DNA of 64,000 nucleotides from positions 64,001 through 128,000 of IMG/VR virus record IMGVR_UViG_3300031992_000016; one strand, given 5' to 3'. This DNA is from a virus (lineage: Duplodnaviria; Caudoviricetes). A program made the translations under genes and the position numbers. A model generated the notes under the pieces. That model saw only the letters and a list, made by a program, of their open reading frames with translations, did no database searches and was not told where the DNA came from. Shown here piece after piece: positions 10,601 through 18,475 of this stretch. Positions within the stretch are counted from its first letter, which is position 1, and every line of letters starts with the position of its first letter.

Positions 10601-11576
10601 ATTAACAAAACAACCAATGATTGCATTAATTAAATCTGGTGCATTTGATAAATTTGAAGATCGAAAGAAATTGATGGCAAAATATTTGTGGTTAGTCTGT
10701 GATAAAAAGAAAAAGATTAATTTACAGAATATGGCTGGGTTAATTAGACGTGATATGTTACCAGACGAATTAAAGAAACAACGAGCAGTATTTGAGTTTA
10801 ATCGTTATTTAAGAGATAAGTGTGCTAAACAACCAGGAGTTTATCAATTAGATGATAGAGCATTAGGTTTTCTTGAAAAGTATGATGCAGAGTTCCCATT
10901 AACAATTGAAAATAATACATACTTATTAGATGCAAAGTTGTGGGAGCGCGAGTATAAAGTTCAAATGGACATTGTGCGCGAATGGATGAAAGACAATCAA
11001 GAAGATGCACTTTATCGGTTGAATAAAGAAATCTTTTTGGAAGATTGGAACAAATATGCGAGTGGCAATTATTCATCTTGGGAAATGGAAGTAATGTGTT
11101 TCTATGATCATCCTCACGAATTGATAAATGTAAGTAAATATAAGTATGGTATTATGAATTACTTTGATTTACCAGAAGAGCCAATCGTAGAAACGTTGTG
11201 GCGTGGTCGTATCCCGATTTATAAGTTGTCGCGCATATTTGGTACAGTTATCGCAAAGAATAAAACAAAATCTCAGGTAACACTTTTGACACCAGAAGGT
11301 GTTGTAACAGTTAAATTCACAAAAGAATATTTTGCAATGTTTGATAGACAAATTAGTCAAAAGAACCTTGATGGAACAAAACATGTCGTTGAAAAATCTT
11401 GGTTCAATCGTGGTAGTATGATTATGGTTACTGGAATGCGGCGCGGTGATGAGTTTGTAGCAAAGAAGTATTCTGCAACACCTGGTCATCAGCTGTATAA
11501 AATTATTAAAGTCAATACTGATGGCACAATCGTCCTGCAAGACCAGCGAGCGCAAGGAGATTTAGAAGATGAATGA
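7698..11576 (+). CDS. dnaE: DNA polymerase III alpha subunit (family C, DnaE-type)
   Basis: PHP domain (HNHT, TDHE, DSHY), GPGRGSA, catalytic PDIDID, HASGV, KYDFL, YAFSLNH, C-terminal OB fold; no intein visible. Confidence 0.95.
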   Translation: MAFFNDHNHTMYSNLRLIDSINKPKDLIDYAIQLGLSGIAITDHEALCCHIEVNQYAQKIKEQHPDFKIALGNEIYLTDTREPRQNYYHFILIAKDALGHKALRILSSKAWYNTYYASMERVPTLKSELAEVMQEYKGHVIATTACIGGELGQNFLHQRIMLKAGLADTQAEQNIREYLDFCINLFGDDFYIEVAPGESEEQIYVNKRLWEIAQEYNLKIVPGTDSHYLKKELRFAHKAYLNSKDGEREVDTFYEYAYLMSEEECRQHLHASFDDNTIDWMFECTQTMQNSIQDYSLERPQQIPTVKIDPPAPCAWWGVNNPFADDFGKGGCYELIGSLFTSKEPQERQWINDVWDALADKIGYWGEHEDYVARIQTEAEVIRYIGDRLGTCLFAYFNTFKHYIDLFWDCGSIVGPGRGSATGFLSNYLLGITQLDPMKWDLPWWRFLNKERAELPDIDIDLAPSVRPEIFEKIREERGELGCVQVVTFGTEGTKSAIQTACRGYRAQDDFGKELYPDGIDVDVANYLSSLIPQERGFLWSLHDCIYGNEELNRKPVGLLILELDKYPGLLNIIENIEGIVKQRGIHASGVILYDAEHIYDTAAIMRSKEGDLTTCYDLHMCEAAGDTKYDFLVTEVCDKIIKCYELLKEHYEIPNINLRSFYDHYLHPEHIDVNNPIIWDHLAKGDVLDVFQFNSGVGLAMAKAIKATNPLEMTAANAMIRLMSEPGVESQQDRYIRIRDGGIGLFDKEMRQAHLPENMIEAMHKYCDTYYGCCAIQEQMMQILMDDNIAHFTLKEANDARKIVAKKQMKRIPELRQKVYNAIGDTKKADYIWEVAVRPQLGYAFSLNHSLPYSFVGIQTIILATQFSPVYWNAACLIVNSGAVDPEEKGQTDYAKIAKAVNDIKDRGIVVSPIDINVSEYGFTPNAATNSIMFGMKGLLNVGEDVITTIINNRPYVSFEDFYNRVKLTKQPMIALIKSGAFDKFEDRKKLMAKYLWLVCDKKKKINLQNMAGLIRRDMLPDELKKQRAVFEFNRYLRDKCAKQPGVYQLDDRALGFLEKYDAEFPLTIENNTYLLDAKLWEREYKVQMDIVREWMKDNQEDALYRLNKEIFLEDWNKYASGNYSSWEMEVMCFYDHPHELINVSKYKYGIMNYFDLPEEPIVETLWRGRIPIYKLSRIFGTVIAKNKTKSQVTLLTPEGVVTVKFTKEYFAMFDRQISQKNLDGTKHVVEKSWFNRGSMIMVTGMRRGDEFVAKKYSATPGHQLYKIIKVNTDGTIVLQDQRAQGDLEDE

Positions 11577-12219
11577 GAATGTAAAAACTATCATTGCTAT
11601 ATGCGGTAAATCTGGGTCTGGTAAAGACTCACTTGAAAAATTAATGTGTAAGTTGGTTCCTATCGCGCATCCAATAGTCAGTCATACTACCCGCCCCAAG
11701 CGGGAGTATGAAACTGACGGCGTAGATTATCATTATGTTACTGATGAACAATTCTTAGATTTGGTCGTTCAAGGACAAATGCTAGAAGCAAGTTATTTCA
11801 ATCATTGGCATTATGGAACTAGTTTGTCCTCTCTACAAGACGGATTAAATGTTGGAGTATTTAATCCAGATGGGCTAGATGCTCTTTTGGAAAGCTCACG
11901 AGAGCGTAAAGATTTATTTGTACTATGCTATTATCTGGATGTAGATGGCAAAACACGCTTGCTGCGTCAGCTGAACCGAGAAGAGCACCCTGATGTTGAT
12001 GAAATTATTCGTCGATATAGCACTGATGAAGTTGATTTTGGTGATATTAATCTATTCCCAATTACTGCACTAATTAATGATACTCCAACTGACTTATATG
12101 ATAATATTTTAATTATCTTAGATGATATTAAAAATTATACTTCTCTTTTTGAAAAAGATGAATATTATGATACAGTAAGAAAGGTCATTCACGCGCGAGA
12201 CAATGACGGTGCATGGTAA
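11569..12219 (+). CDS. gmk: guanylate kinase-like protein
   Basis: GKSGSGKD, SHTTRPKREYETDGVDYHYV, YGT. Confidence 0.85.
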   Translation: MNENVKTIIAICGKSGSGKDSLEKLMCKLVPIAHPIVSHTTRPKREYETDGVDYHYVTDEQFLDLVVQGQMLEASYFNHWHYGTSLSSLQDGLNVGVFNPDGLDALLESSRERKDLFVLCYYLDVDGKTRLLRQLNREEHPDVDEIIRRYSTDEVDFGDINLFPITALINDTPTDLYDNILIILDDIKNYTSLFEKDEYYDTVRKVIHARDNDGAW

Positions 12220-12226
12220 GCGCGGC

Positions 12227-12283
12227 GGACCTATAAAGATAATTTATTTATTTAAAATCCCAAAAATCTTATAGGAGGGATTT
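12227..12283 (+). promoter_or_regulatory. nrdD leader: candidate phage-specific promoter motif plus SD-occluding stems
   Basis: GGAC-N8-ATAA-N2-TATTTA matches motifs at 38633-38680 and 41493-41540; 12230-40 can pair with 12266-75, and 12255-61 with 12277-83. Confidence 0.45.
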
Positions 12284-12287
12284 AAAA

Positions 12288-14525
12288 ATGGGTTTAGAAA
12301 TTATAAAACGTAATGGTAATTTAGTTCCTTTTGATAAACAGCGTATTATTGATGCAATTAATAAAGCATTTATTGAAGTCGATGGAAAACTATTTGAAAC
12401 TGACACTTCACGTAGTATCGCTGATGATGTAGAAAAATATGTTGCAATGTAGGGCGAACCAATTCACGTTGAAGCAATTCAAAATATGATTGAGTTCTAC
12501 CTTATGCAAAGCGAACGTAGAGACGTTGCTAAGGCTTATATTCGTTATAGATATAAAAGAGAAATTGCACGTTCATATAACGCAGAGTTTATTGAAGAGA
12601 TTGGTAAGAAATTACAAGCAAAAAATATTGAAAATCAGAACGCGAATGTAGATGAACATTCATTTGGTGGCAGAAAAGGTGAAGCTACAAATTTGTTGAT
12701 GAAACAGTATGCGCTTGACTTTCTTATTAGTCCTCGTCACGCATATAATCACTTGCATAATCGTATCTATATCCACGATTTAGATGCCTATGCAGTTGGT
12801 ATGCACAACTGTTTATCAATTCCTTTTGATGATTTGCTTGCGAAAGGCTTTAATACGCGACAAACTGATATTCGTCCTGCAAACAGTATTAATACTGCTT
12901 TCCAACTTGTCGCTGTTATATTCCAGTTACAGAGCTTACAACAGTTCGGTGGCGTCTCAGCAACTCATTTAGATTGGACAATGGTTCCATATGTTCAAAA
13001 GTCATTTGCTAAACATTTTAAAAAGGGCTTGCGCTGGACTGAAAAAGCGCCTGCCGATTATATTGAAAATGTTCCTGATATGATACCTATTGAGTCACCT
13101 ATCGCGCAGGACTGGGTTAATGCTTATAAATATGCTATGGCTATGACAGAGCAAGAATTAAAGCAAGCCGTAGAAGGTATGTATCATAATCTCAATACTT
13201 TACAGTCACGCAGTGGCAATCAGTTACCTTTCACTTCTATTAATTACGGCACATGCACGCTTCCAGAAGGCCGTTTGGTTATTGAAGCATTATTGAATGG
13301 TTCTATTGATGGTGTAGGTAAATTACATCGTACTCCTATTTTCCCTTGCGGTATTTTCCAAATGATGAAGGGTGTTAATAGAACACCTCGTGACCCAAAT
13401 TATGATTTATATAGATTAGCATTGCAATCAACAGCAAAACGTTTATATCCTAACTATGCTAATGTTGATTGGAGCGGCAATGCCGGTTATGACCCAGCTG
13501 ATCCAAAAACTTATTTCAGCACTATGGGTTGCCGCACTAGTAATGGTTTAGATATAAATGCAGAACCTGGTACTAATCCTCAGACCAAAGATGGCCGTGG
13601 GAATATCTGCCCAGTAACTATCATTCTCCCTACTATTGCTATGGAAGCAAAAGCAGCGTATAAAGATGATAACATTACTAATGATACGATTATTGATTAT
13701 TTTATGAGATTTTTAGGCAGCGCCATTGAAGATGCAAGAGATTGTTTATTAGAACGTTTTGACTATATTTGTTCGCAATCTCCTGAATCTGCCAAATTTA
13801 TGTATGAAAATGGCACAATGCTCGGGTATCATCCAGAAGAAGGCATCCGTTCTGCTTTAAAACATGGTACAATTGTTATTGGTCAGCTCGGTTTGGCAGA
13901 GTGCTTGGAAATTTTAATTGGTAAAAACCAGACTACCGATGAAGGTATGGCTTTGGCCAAACAAATAGAACAATTATTTAAAGAGCGTTGTGCAGAGTAT
14001 AAGCAACAGTATAAATTAAATTTTGGTGTTTATTATACCCCTGCTGAGAATCTTTGCTATACTGCTATGAAATATTTCAAACAACAGTATGGTGAAATTA
14101 AAAATGTATCTGACCATGAATATTTTACCAATAGCATCCATGTACCAGTATGGGAGCATGTTGGTGTGCTTGATAAAATTGAAATTGAAAGTCAATTAAC
14201 TGGTTATAGTAATGCAGGTTGTATCACTTACGTAGAACTTGATAGCGGCATTGCTAATAACTTAGACGCTTTGGATTAGATTGTCCAGTTTGCTATGGAC
14301 AAAGATATTCCATATCTTGCTATTAATGTTCCTAATGACACTTGTTTAGAGTGTGGTTATACTGGTGAATTTAATGATAAATGCCCGATGTGTGGCAGCA
14401 CGCATTTACAGCAATTGCGGCGTGTTACTGGTTATTTAACTGGCGATTATAAAACCGCATTTAACTGGGGCAAACAAAAAGAAACAGAAGCAAGAGTAAA
14501 ACACGTTAATGAATTAAAGGAGTGA
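12288..14525 (+). CDS. nrdD: anaerobic ribonucleoside-triphosphate reductase, 745 aa, 2 in-frame TAG
   Basis: ATP cone (MGLEIIKRNG...) from ATG 12288. TAG at 12450 and 14277 join the track ORFs in one frame through the CLEC/CPMC Zn site and the RVTGYL glycyl-radical motif to TGA. Confidence 0.93.
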
Positions 14526-14529
14526 GAAC

Positions 14530-15012
14530 ATGCGCTACGCAGGAATTATATATGATGATACCGCCGCAGCGCCGGGTTTAAGTCTCACATTCTTTACCCA
14601 AGGTTGTCCTATTCATTGCCCGGGTTGCCATAACCCGGGCACTTGGGACCCAGATGGCGGACGTGAATTTACACCAGAAGTATTAAGTAGAGTATTAGAT
14701 GGACTTACTAAAAATGGTGTAACTCGTAATTTTTGTATTATGGGCGGAGAACCGTTAGCTCCATATAATGTTTTTCTTACACATCTATTGGTAAAAACAG
14801 TAAGAGAAAAATATCCGCAAATTCAAATTTATTTATGGACTGGTTATACATTGGATCAAGTAAAAGAAAATGCAAAGAGCAATCCACATATTGACGCAAT
14901 TCTATCTAATATAGATTGCATCATTGATGGACCATTCATTCAATCACAACGTGATATTACATTATTTATGCGCGGTAGTGCCAATCAAAGAATTACATAT
15001 TTGACGGAATAA
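14530..15012 (+). CDS. nrdG: anaerobic RNR activating radical SAM protein
   Basis: CPIHCPGC, GGEPL, DGPF, RGSANQR; directly follows nrdD. Confidence 0.93.
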   Translation: MRYAGIIYDDTAAAPGLSLTFFTQGCPIHCPGCHNPGTWDPDGGREFTPEVLSRVLDGLTKNGVTRNFCIMGGEPLAPYNVFLTHLLVKTVREKYPQIQIYLWTGYTLDQVKENAKSNPHIDAILSNIDCIIDGPFIQSQRDITLFMRGSANQRITYLTE

Positions 15013-15029
15013 AAAAAATATGATATAAT
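15001..15029 (+). promoter_or_regulatory. SigA-type promoter
   Basis: TTGACG-N17-TATAAT, extended -10 TATGATATAAT. Confidence 0.78.
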
Positions 15030-15058
15030 GTACATAGAAAATATAAGGAGCTAATAGC

Positions 15059-15538
15059 ATGAAAAAGCATGAAGATGGATACCTCGTAGAGCCAGAAGAA
15101 TTAGAAGCTCTTGAAAAAGGTGAAAATATTAAATTAGAAGGCGAAAGCTATCCCATTGATACTGGGTTATCTTTATATTAGGTAAATCAGCAACTCGTTA
15201 ATCAAATGCCTGTATTATCAAAAGAAATTGCTTATACGAAATATTATGATAGTTGGCGCGGTTGGATTAGCGGACATGCTGCTCATTATTATGTTTTTAT
15301 TTGCCGCGATGGTGGTGAATATACATTCTTTGTAAATCGTCAAGGTACAGCTAAACCTGGTGTAATTTGGGATAATCTTTGGGATGTTTTTGATCGTATT
15401 GGTGATGTCCTTAGTATTGAACCAGCGCCAGAAGGTATGGATGATGTTGTAGAAGTATGGATTCGCGCACGCGAAGAAGGTGCGCAGCCACTCGTTTATT
15501 ATTTCGTAGATTGGGACGAAGGGACGATTGAAGTATGA
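15059..15538 (+). CDS. hypothetical protein, 159 aa, 1 in-frame TAG
   Basis: AAGGAG RBS, ATG 15059, TAG 15179 in frame with track ORF 15206..15538. Confidence 0.7.
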
Positions 15539-15795
15539 AGAAATTGCTGTGGGATGTAAATCAATTTACTACTCATTCAACGATATATGATACTGATGGT
15601 ATTTCTCTACAACTATTTGGTCGAGACACGGCAACTCAGCTTGCCAGTCTTGCAAACTATATTTCGCTCTTAGATGACGATGTACAAATTTTAGTTAATC
15701 GCAAAGGCTATGCTAAATTGACTATGCCGCTTGCGCAAGTATTAAATACCAAATATTCTAATCAACATAAGATTGAGATTATTGAGGAGGACTAA
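15535..15795 (+). CDS. hypothetical protein
   Basis: ATGA overlap with the upstream gene; 86 aa. Confidence 0.6.
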   Translation: MKKLLWDVNQFTTHSTIYDTDGISLQLFGRDTATQLASLANYISLLDDDVQILVNRKGYAKLTMPLAQVLNTKYSNQHKIEIIEED

Positions 15796-15796
15796 T

Positions 15797-16054
15797 ATGG
15801 CTTATCTTTTGAATACAGTAGAAACGTATCAGGTAGCAACTGAGCAAGAAGCACTTAATATGCGTGAAGCGTTTTCTAATCAACCTGAGTATGAATTAGA
15901 AAGTTTTAGTTATACTTGTAAATATGATAAAAAGGCTGATGAAGACTATGTAGTTGTTAAAGTAAAGAAGTTTGTCAATAAAGAAAAAGATTGCAAACGT
16001 GATGTTATAACTAGTATTCTTCCAAGAGCCGGAATAGGAGATACCACATGGTAA
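15797..16054 (+). CDS. hypothetical protein, 85 aa
   Basis: GAGGAGG RBS before ATG 15797 (MAYLL...). Confidence 0.65.
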   Translation: MAYLLNTVETYQVATEQEALNMREAFSNQPEYELESFSYTCKYDKKADEDYVVVKVKKFVNKEKDCKRDVITSILPRAGIGDTTW

Positions 16055-16650
16055 TTGATGCAGAATTTAAATGTGTAAAACAATATGAAGGTTAGGAAGA
16101 GCAACTACTTCCTAGACGCGCAACCGCGGGCTCTGCTGGATATGATTTTATTGTAGCAGAAGATACAATAGTCCCAGCAATGGAAAAACAATTTTTTGAT
16201 TTTGAAAAAAGATACCAAGCCTATGTGAAAGAACGGTATCAGAGCTTTGAAGACTACGCTAAAACTGAAACAGAAGATGGCGCGCTTTCTTTGGATAGGT
16301 TAAAGCAATTCTGTAAGTTATGGAAGATTAAACCCACACTTGTTCCTACTGGCGTTAAGGCAAGAATGCCAAAAGACTATTATCTGCAATTAAGTGTGCG
16401 GTCGAGCCTACCTTTAAATGATTGGCTTATTCTTGCTAATGGCGTAGGCATTATAGATAGCGATTACTATGATAATCCCGATAATGAAGGGCATATTTTC
16501 TTCCAATTAATCAATCTCCATCCTGCTGACATTATTCTCCATAAAGGTGATAGGATTGGACAAGGTGTGTTTCTCCCCTACTACACCGTGCTATCTGAAA
16601 ACACTGTGGTTGATGAACGTACTGGCGGGTTTGGTTCTACAAATGGCTAA
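16048..16650 (+). CDS. dut: trimeric dUTPase, 200 aa, 1 in-frame TAG
   Basis: ATG 16048 with AGGAG RBS; reading through TAG 16093 restores motif I (SAGYDF); also RSS, GIIDSDY, GDRIGQG, RTGGFGST. Confidence 0.92.
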
Positions 16651-17131
16651 AATTCTCGCATATGACCAGGCTTCGAGAGTATCGGGCTGGTCATTTTTTG
16701 TTGATGGGGAGTTAAAAGACTACGGGCACTTTTCCTTTGAATTTACAAACTTTGCTCTTCGCTTGCTTAGGATTTGTTAGCAAATGGAGGAGCAAATTAA
16801 GAAATACGAGCCAGACGTTATCCTATTAGAAAATATTTCTCTAGAAGGGAGAGGACCCGTTAATGTATCTACTTTTTAGAAGCTCGCGCAAGTGCAAGGC
16901 GCAATGATGATGACTGCGCAAGCGCACGATATTGAAGCAAAATTAGTTTATCCAAGTGAGTGGAGAGCGAAATGTAATTTCCTTAAAGGTGAAGATAAGC
17001 ACCGAGATAATTAGAAACGTATCGCTCAATAGTGGGTTCTATCAACATTTAATAAAAAATGCACACAAGATGAGGCGGATGCAATATGTATAGGATATAG
17101 CGAAACAGCTAATGAAATGATGACGTGGTAA
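16643..17131 (+). CDS. RuvC-like Holliday junction resolvase, 162 aa, 4 in-frame TAG
   Basis: MAKILAYDQASRVSGW...VILLE...KLAQVQGA...PSEWR...DEADAICIG; the complete D/E/D-D set exists only if TAG is read through. Confidence 0.85.
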
Positions 17132-17137
17132 TTAAAT

Positions 17138-17172
17138 GGGTAGGTCTAGTTGGAAGACATACCCTATTTTTT
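17138..17172 (+). terminator. probable Rho-independent terminator
   Basis: GGGTAGGTCT-N7-AGACATACCC stem (1 mismatch) followed by TATTTTTT. Confidence 0.55.
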
Positions 17173-17201
17173 ATATTCAACGAGAGGAGGGTGCTGCCAA
17201 T

Positions 17202-17678
17202 ATGGAACAGTATGATTTGCTGGAATACTTTCTAAAATGGTTTATTCCCTTCGCTTGTGCTGGATTGTTTGCGGTGTGTGTCAAACCACTAATTGATGCT
17301 ATTAAACGCGGCAAACGCAGTGCGCGCGATGAGGAATTTAAACGTGCTTTTGAGCATGAAATTGCTCCTGTATAGGAATAGTTACAAACTATTGCTACCA
17401 AGAGTGAAAGAGAGGATAGTCGTTTAGAGGGGAAAATTGACGGGCTGTCCAAAGAAATTCAGCAGGCCACCGCCGGTTTGCGCGAAGCCATTTTGGTTAC
17501 TCACTTACGAGATTTAATCGCAGACAGCAAGCGCTATATAAATCAAGGTTGGTTATCAGCCGATGAGTGGGAAGATTATGATAACAGATATAACGTATAT
17601 AAAATGCTCGGCGGAAATGGACATATGGATGCTTGGTACCCCAAAGTAAAAAATTTACCGCAACATCCAGTTATATAA
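17202..17678 (+). CDS. membrane-anchored LGGNG-motif phage protein (holin-associated type), 158 aa, 2 TAG
   Basis: GAGGAGG RBS; N-terminal TM helix, coiled coil, YKMLGGNGH; TAG-GAA-TAG joins track ORFs 17136..17375 and 17478..17678. Confidence 0.7.
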
Positions 17679-17729
17679 AAAAAAATAAAGGGACGTAGAT
17701 AAAAAATCTACGTCCCTTTATTTTTTTTT
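17677..17729. terminator. bidirectional terminator between convergent operons
   Basis: A-run-TAAAGGGACGTAGAT/ATCTACGTCCCTTTA-T-run perfect inverted repeat. Confidence 0.9.
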
Positions 17730-18138
17730 ACCCTACAACAGGTGTTTTCTTTTCATTAACCAATGATTCAATATATGCCTTAGTGAATAGATCAAAATCA
17801 CCTACGACCGCGGTTAGATACTGCTTAGCATCTTCACTTAATACTGTAATTACGCTATTGTAAGTTAATTGAAATGCTTCTTTCTGTGCTTCCGCAGTGA
17901 AAGCATTTTTATTCTTTAAAGCATTAACATAAGTTTGGTTCGTCATTTCTACGCAACGAGCAACTGTATCTTCAAACATACTTAAATACTTGTAATATAC
18001 AGTATCCTCTTGACCAGCTTTATAATTGTCGATCTTTGCGCGAACCCACTTAACAAAATAAGTAGTCAATATCCCCAAAAAAGGAATGATAACTAACTTA
18101 AAAATCTCATTTAAAATTTCAGCCCAATTCATTGTCAT
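17728..18138 (-). CDS. putative holin (LL-H-like, single N-terminal TM)
   Basis: GGAGG RBS before MTMNWAEIL...; TM LVIIPFLGILTTYFV; TNQTYVNALK; last gene of the lysis cassette. Confidence 0.65.
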   Translation of the reverse strand: MTMNWAEILNEIFKLVIIPFLGILTTYFVKWVRAKIDNYKAGQEDTVYYKYLSMFEDTVARCVEMTNQTYVNALKNKNAFTAEAQKEAFQLTYNSVITVLSEDAKQYLTAVVGDFDLFTKAYIESLVNEKKTPVVG

Positions 18139-18475
18139 AATCCTCCGAATTATCTTCTTCGTTATTATCACTAATTGCTGCTGCATCTTGTATTTCTTTG
18201 TATGTTTCACTTATCTTTTTATAATTCTCAATACCTGCTTTTGCAGTATAACCCAAACGTAAGGAAACATATACTGTTGTTACACCAGCCAAGGCGCTTG
18301 AACCAAAAGATGCTAATCCTTGATTAATAACAACAATAGCAAGAATTGCCAAGAGTGATACAGCATATACGACAATATCTATAATAGTAAGTCGCTTACT
18401 CCATTCAAGCGGTCGCTGTTGTCGCTTTCGCTAATTTTTGGAGCGCTGCTACTAATTCTTTTGCTTCTATCTCAC
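18119..18475 (-). CDS. two-TM lysis-cassette membrane protein, 118 aa, 4 TAG in first 15 codons
   Basis: AAGGTGG RBS, GTG 18475: VR*KQKN**QRSKN*RKRQQRPLEWSKRLTIIDIVVYAVSLLAIL...AKAGIENYKKI; overlaps the lysin 3' end. Confidence 0.6.

Noticed and set aside
12230-12283. H-type pseudoknot or riboswitch in the nrdD leader
   Set aside because: A 1-nt loop cannot span the 10-bp stem, and no known aptamer consensus is present; treated as alternative stems.
12288-14525. Intron or intein splitting nrdD (also checked dnaE)
   Set aside because: Fragments are contiguous and in frame across single TAGs; no extra sequence or homing-endonuclease motif.
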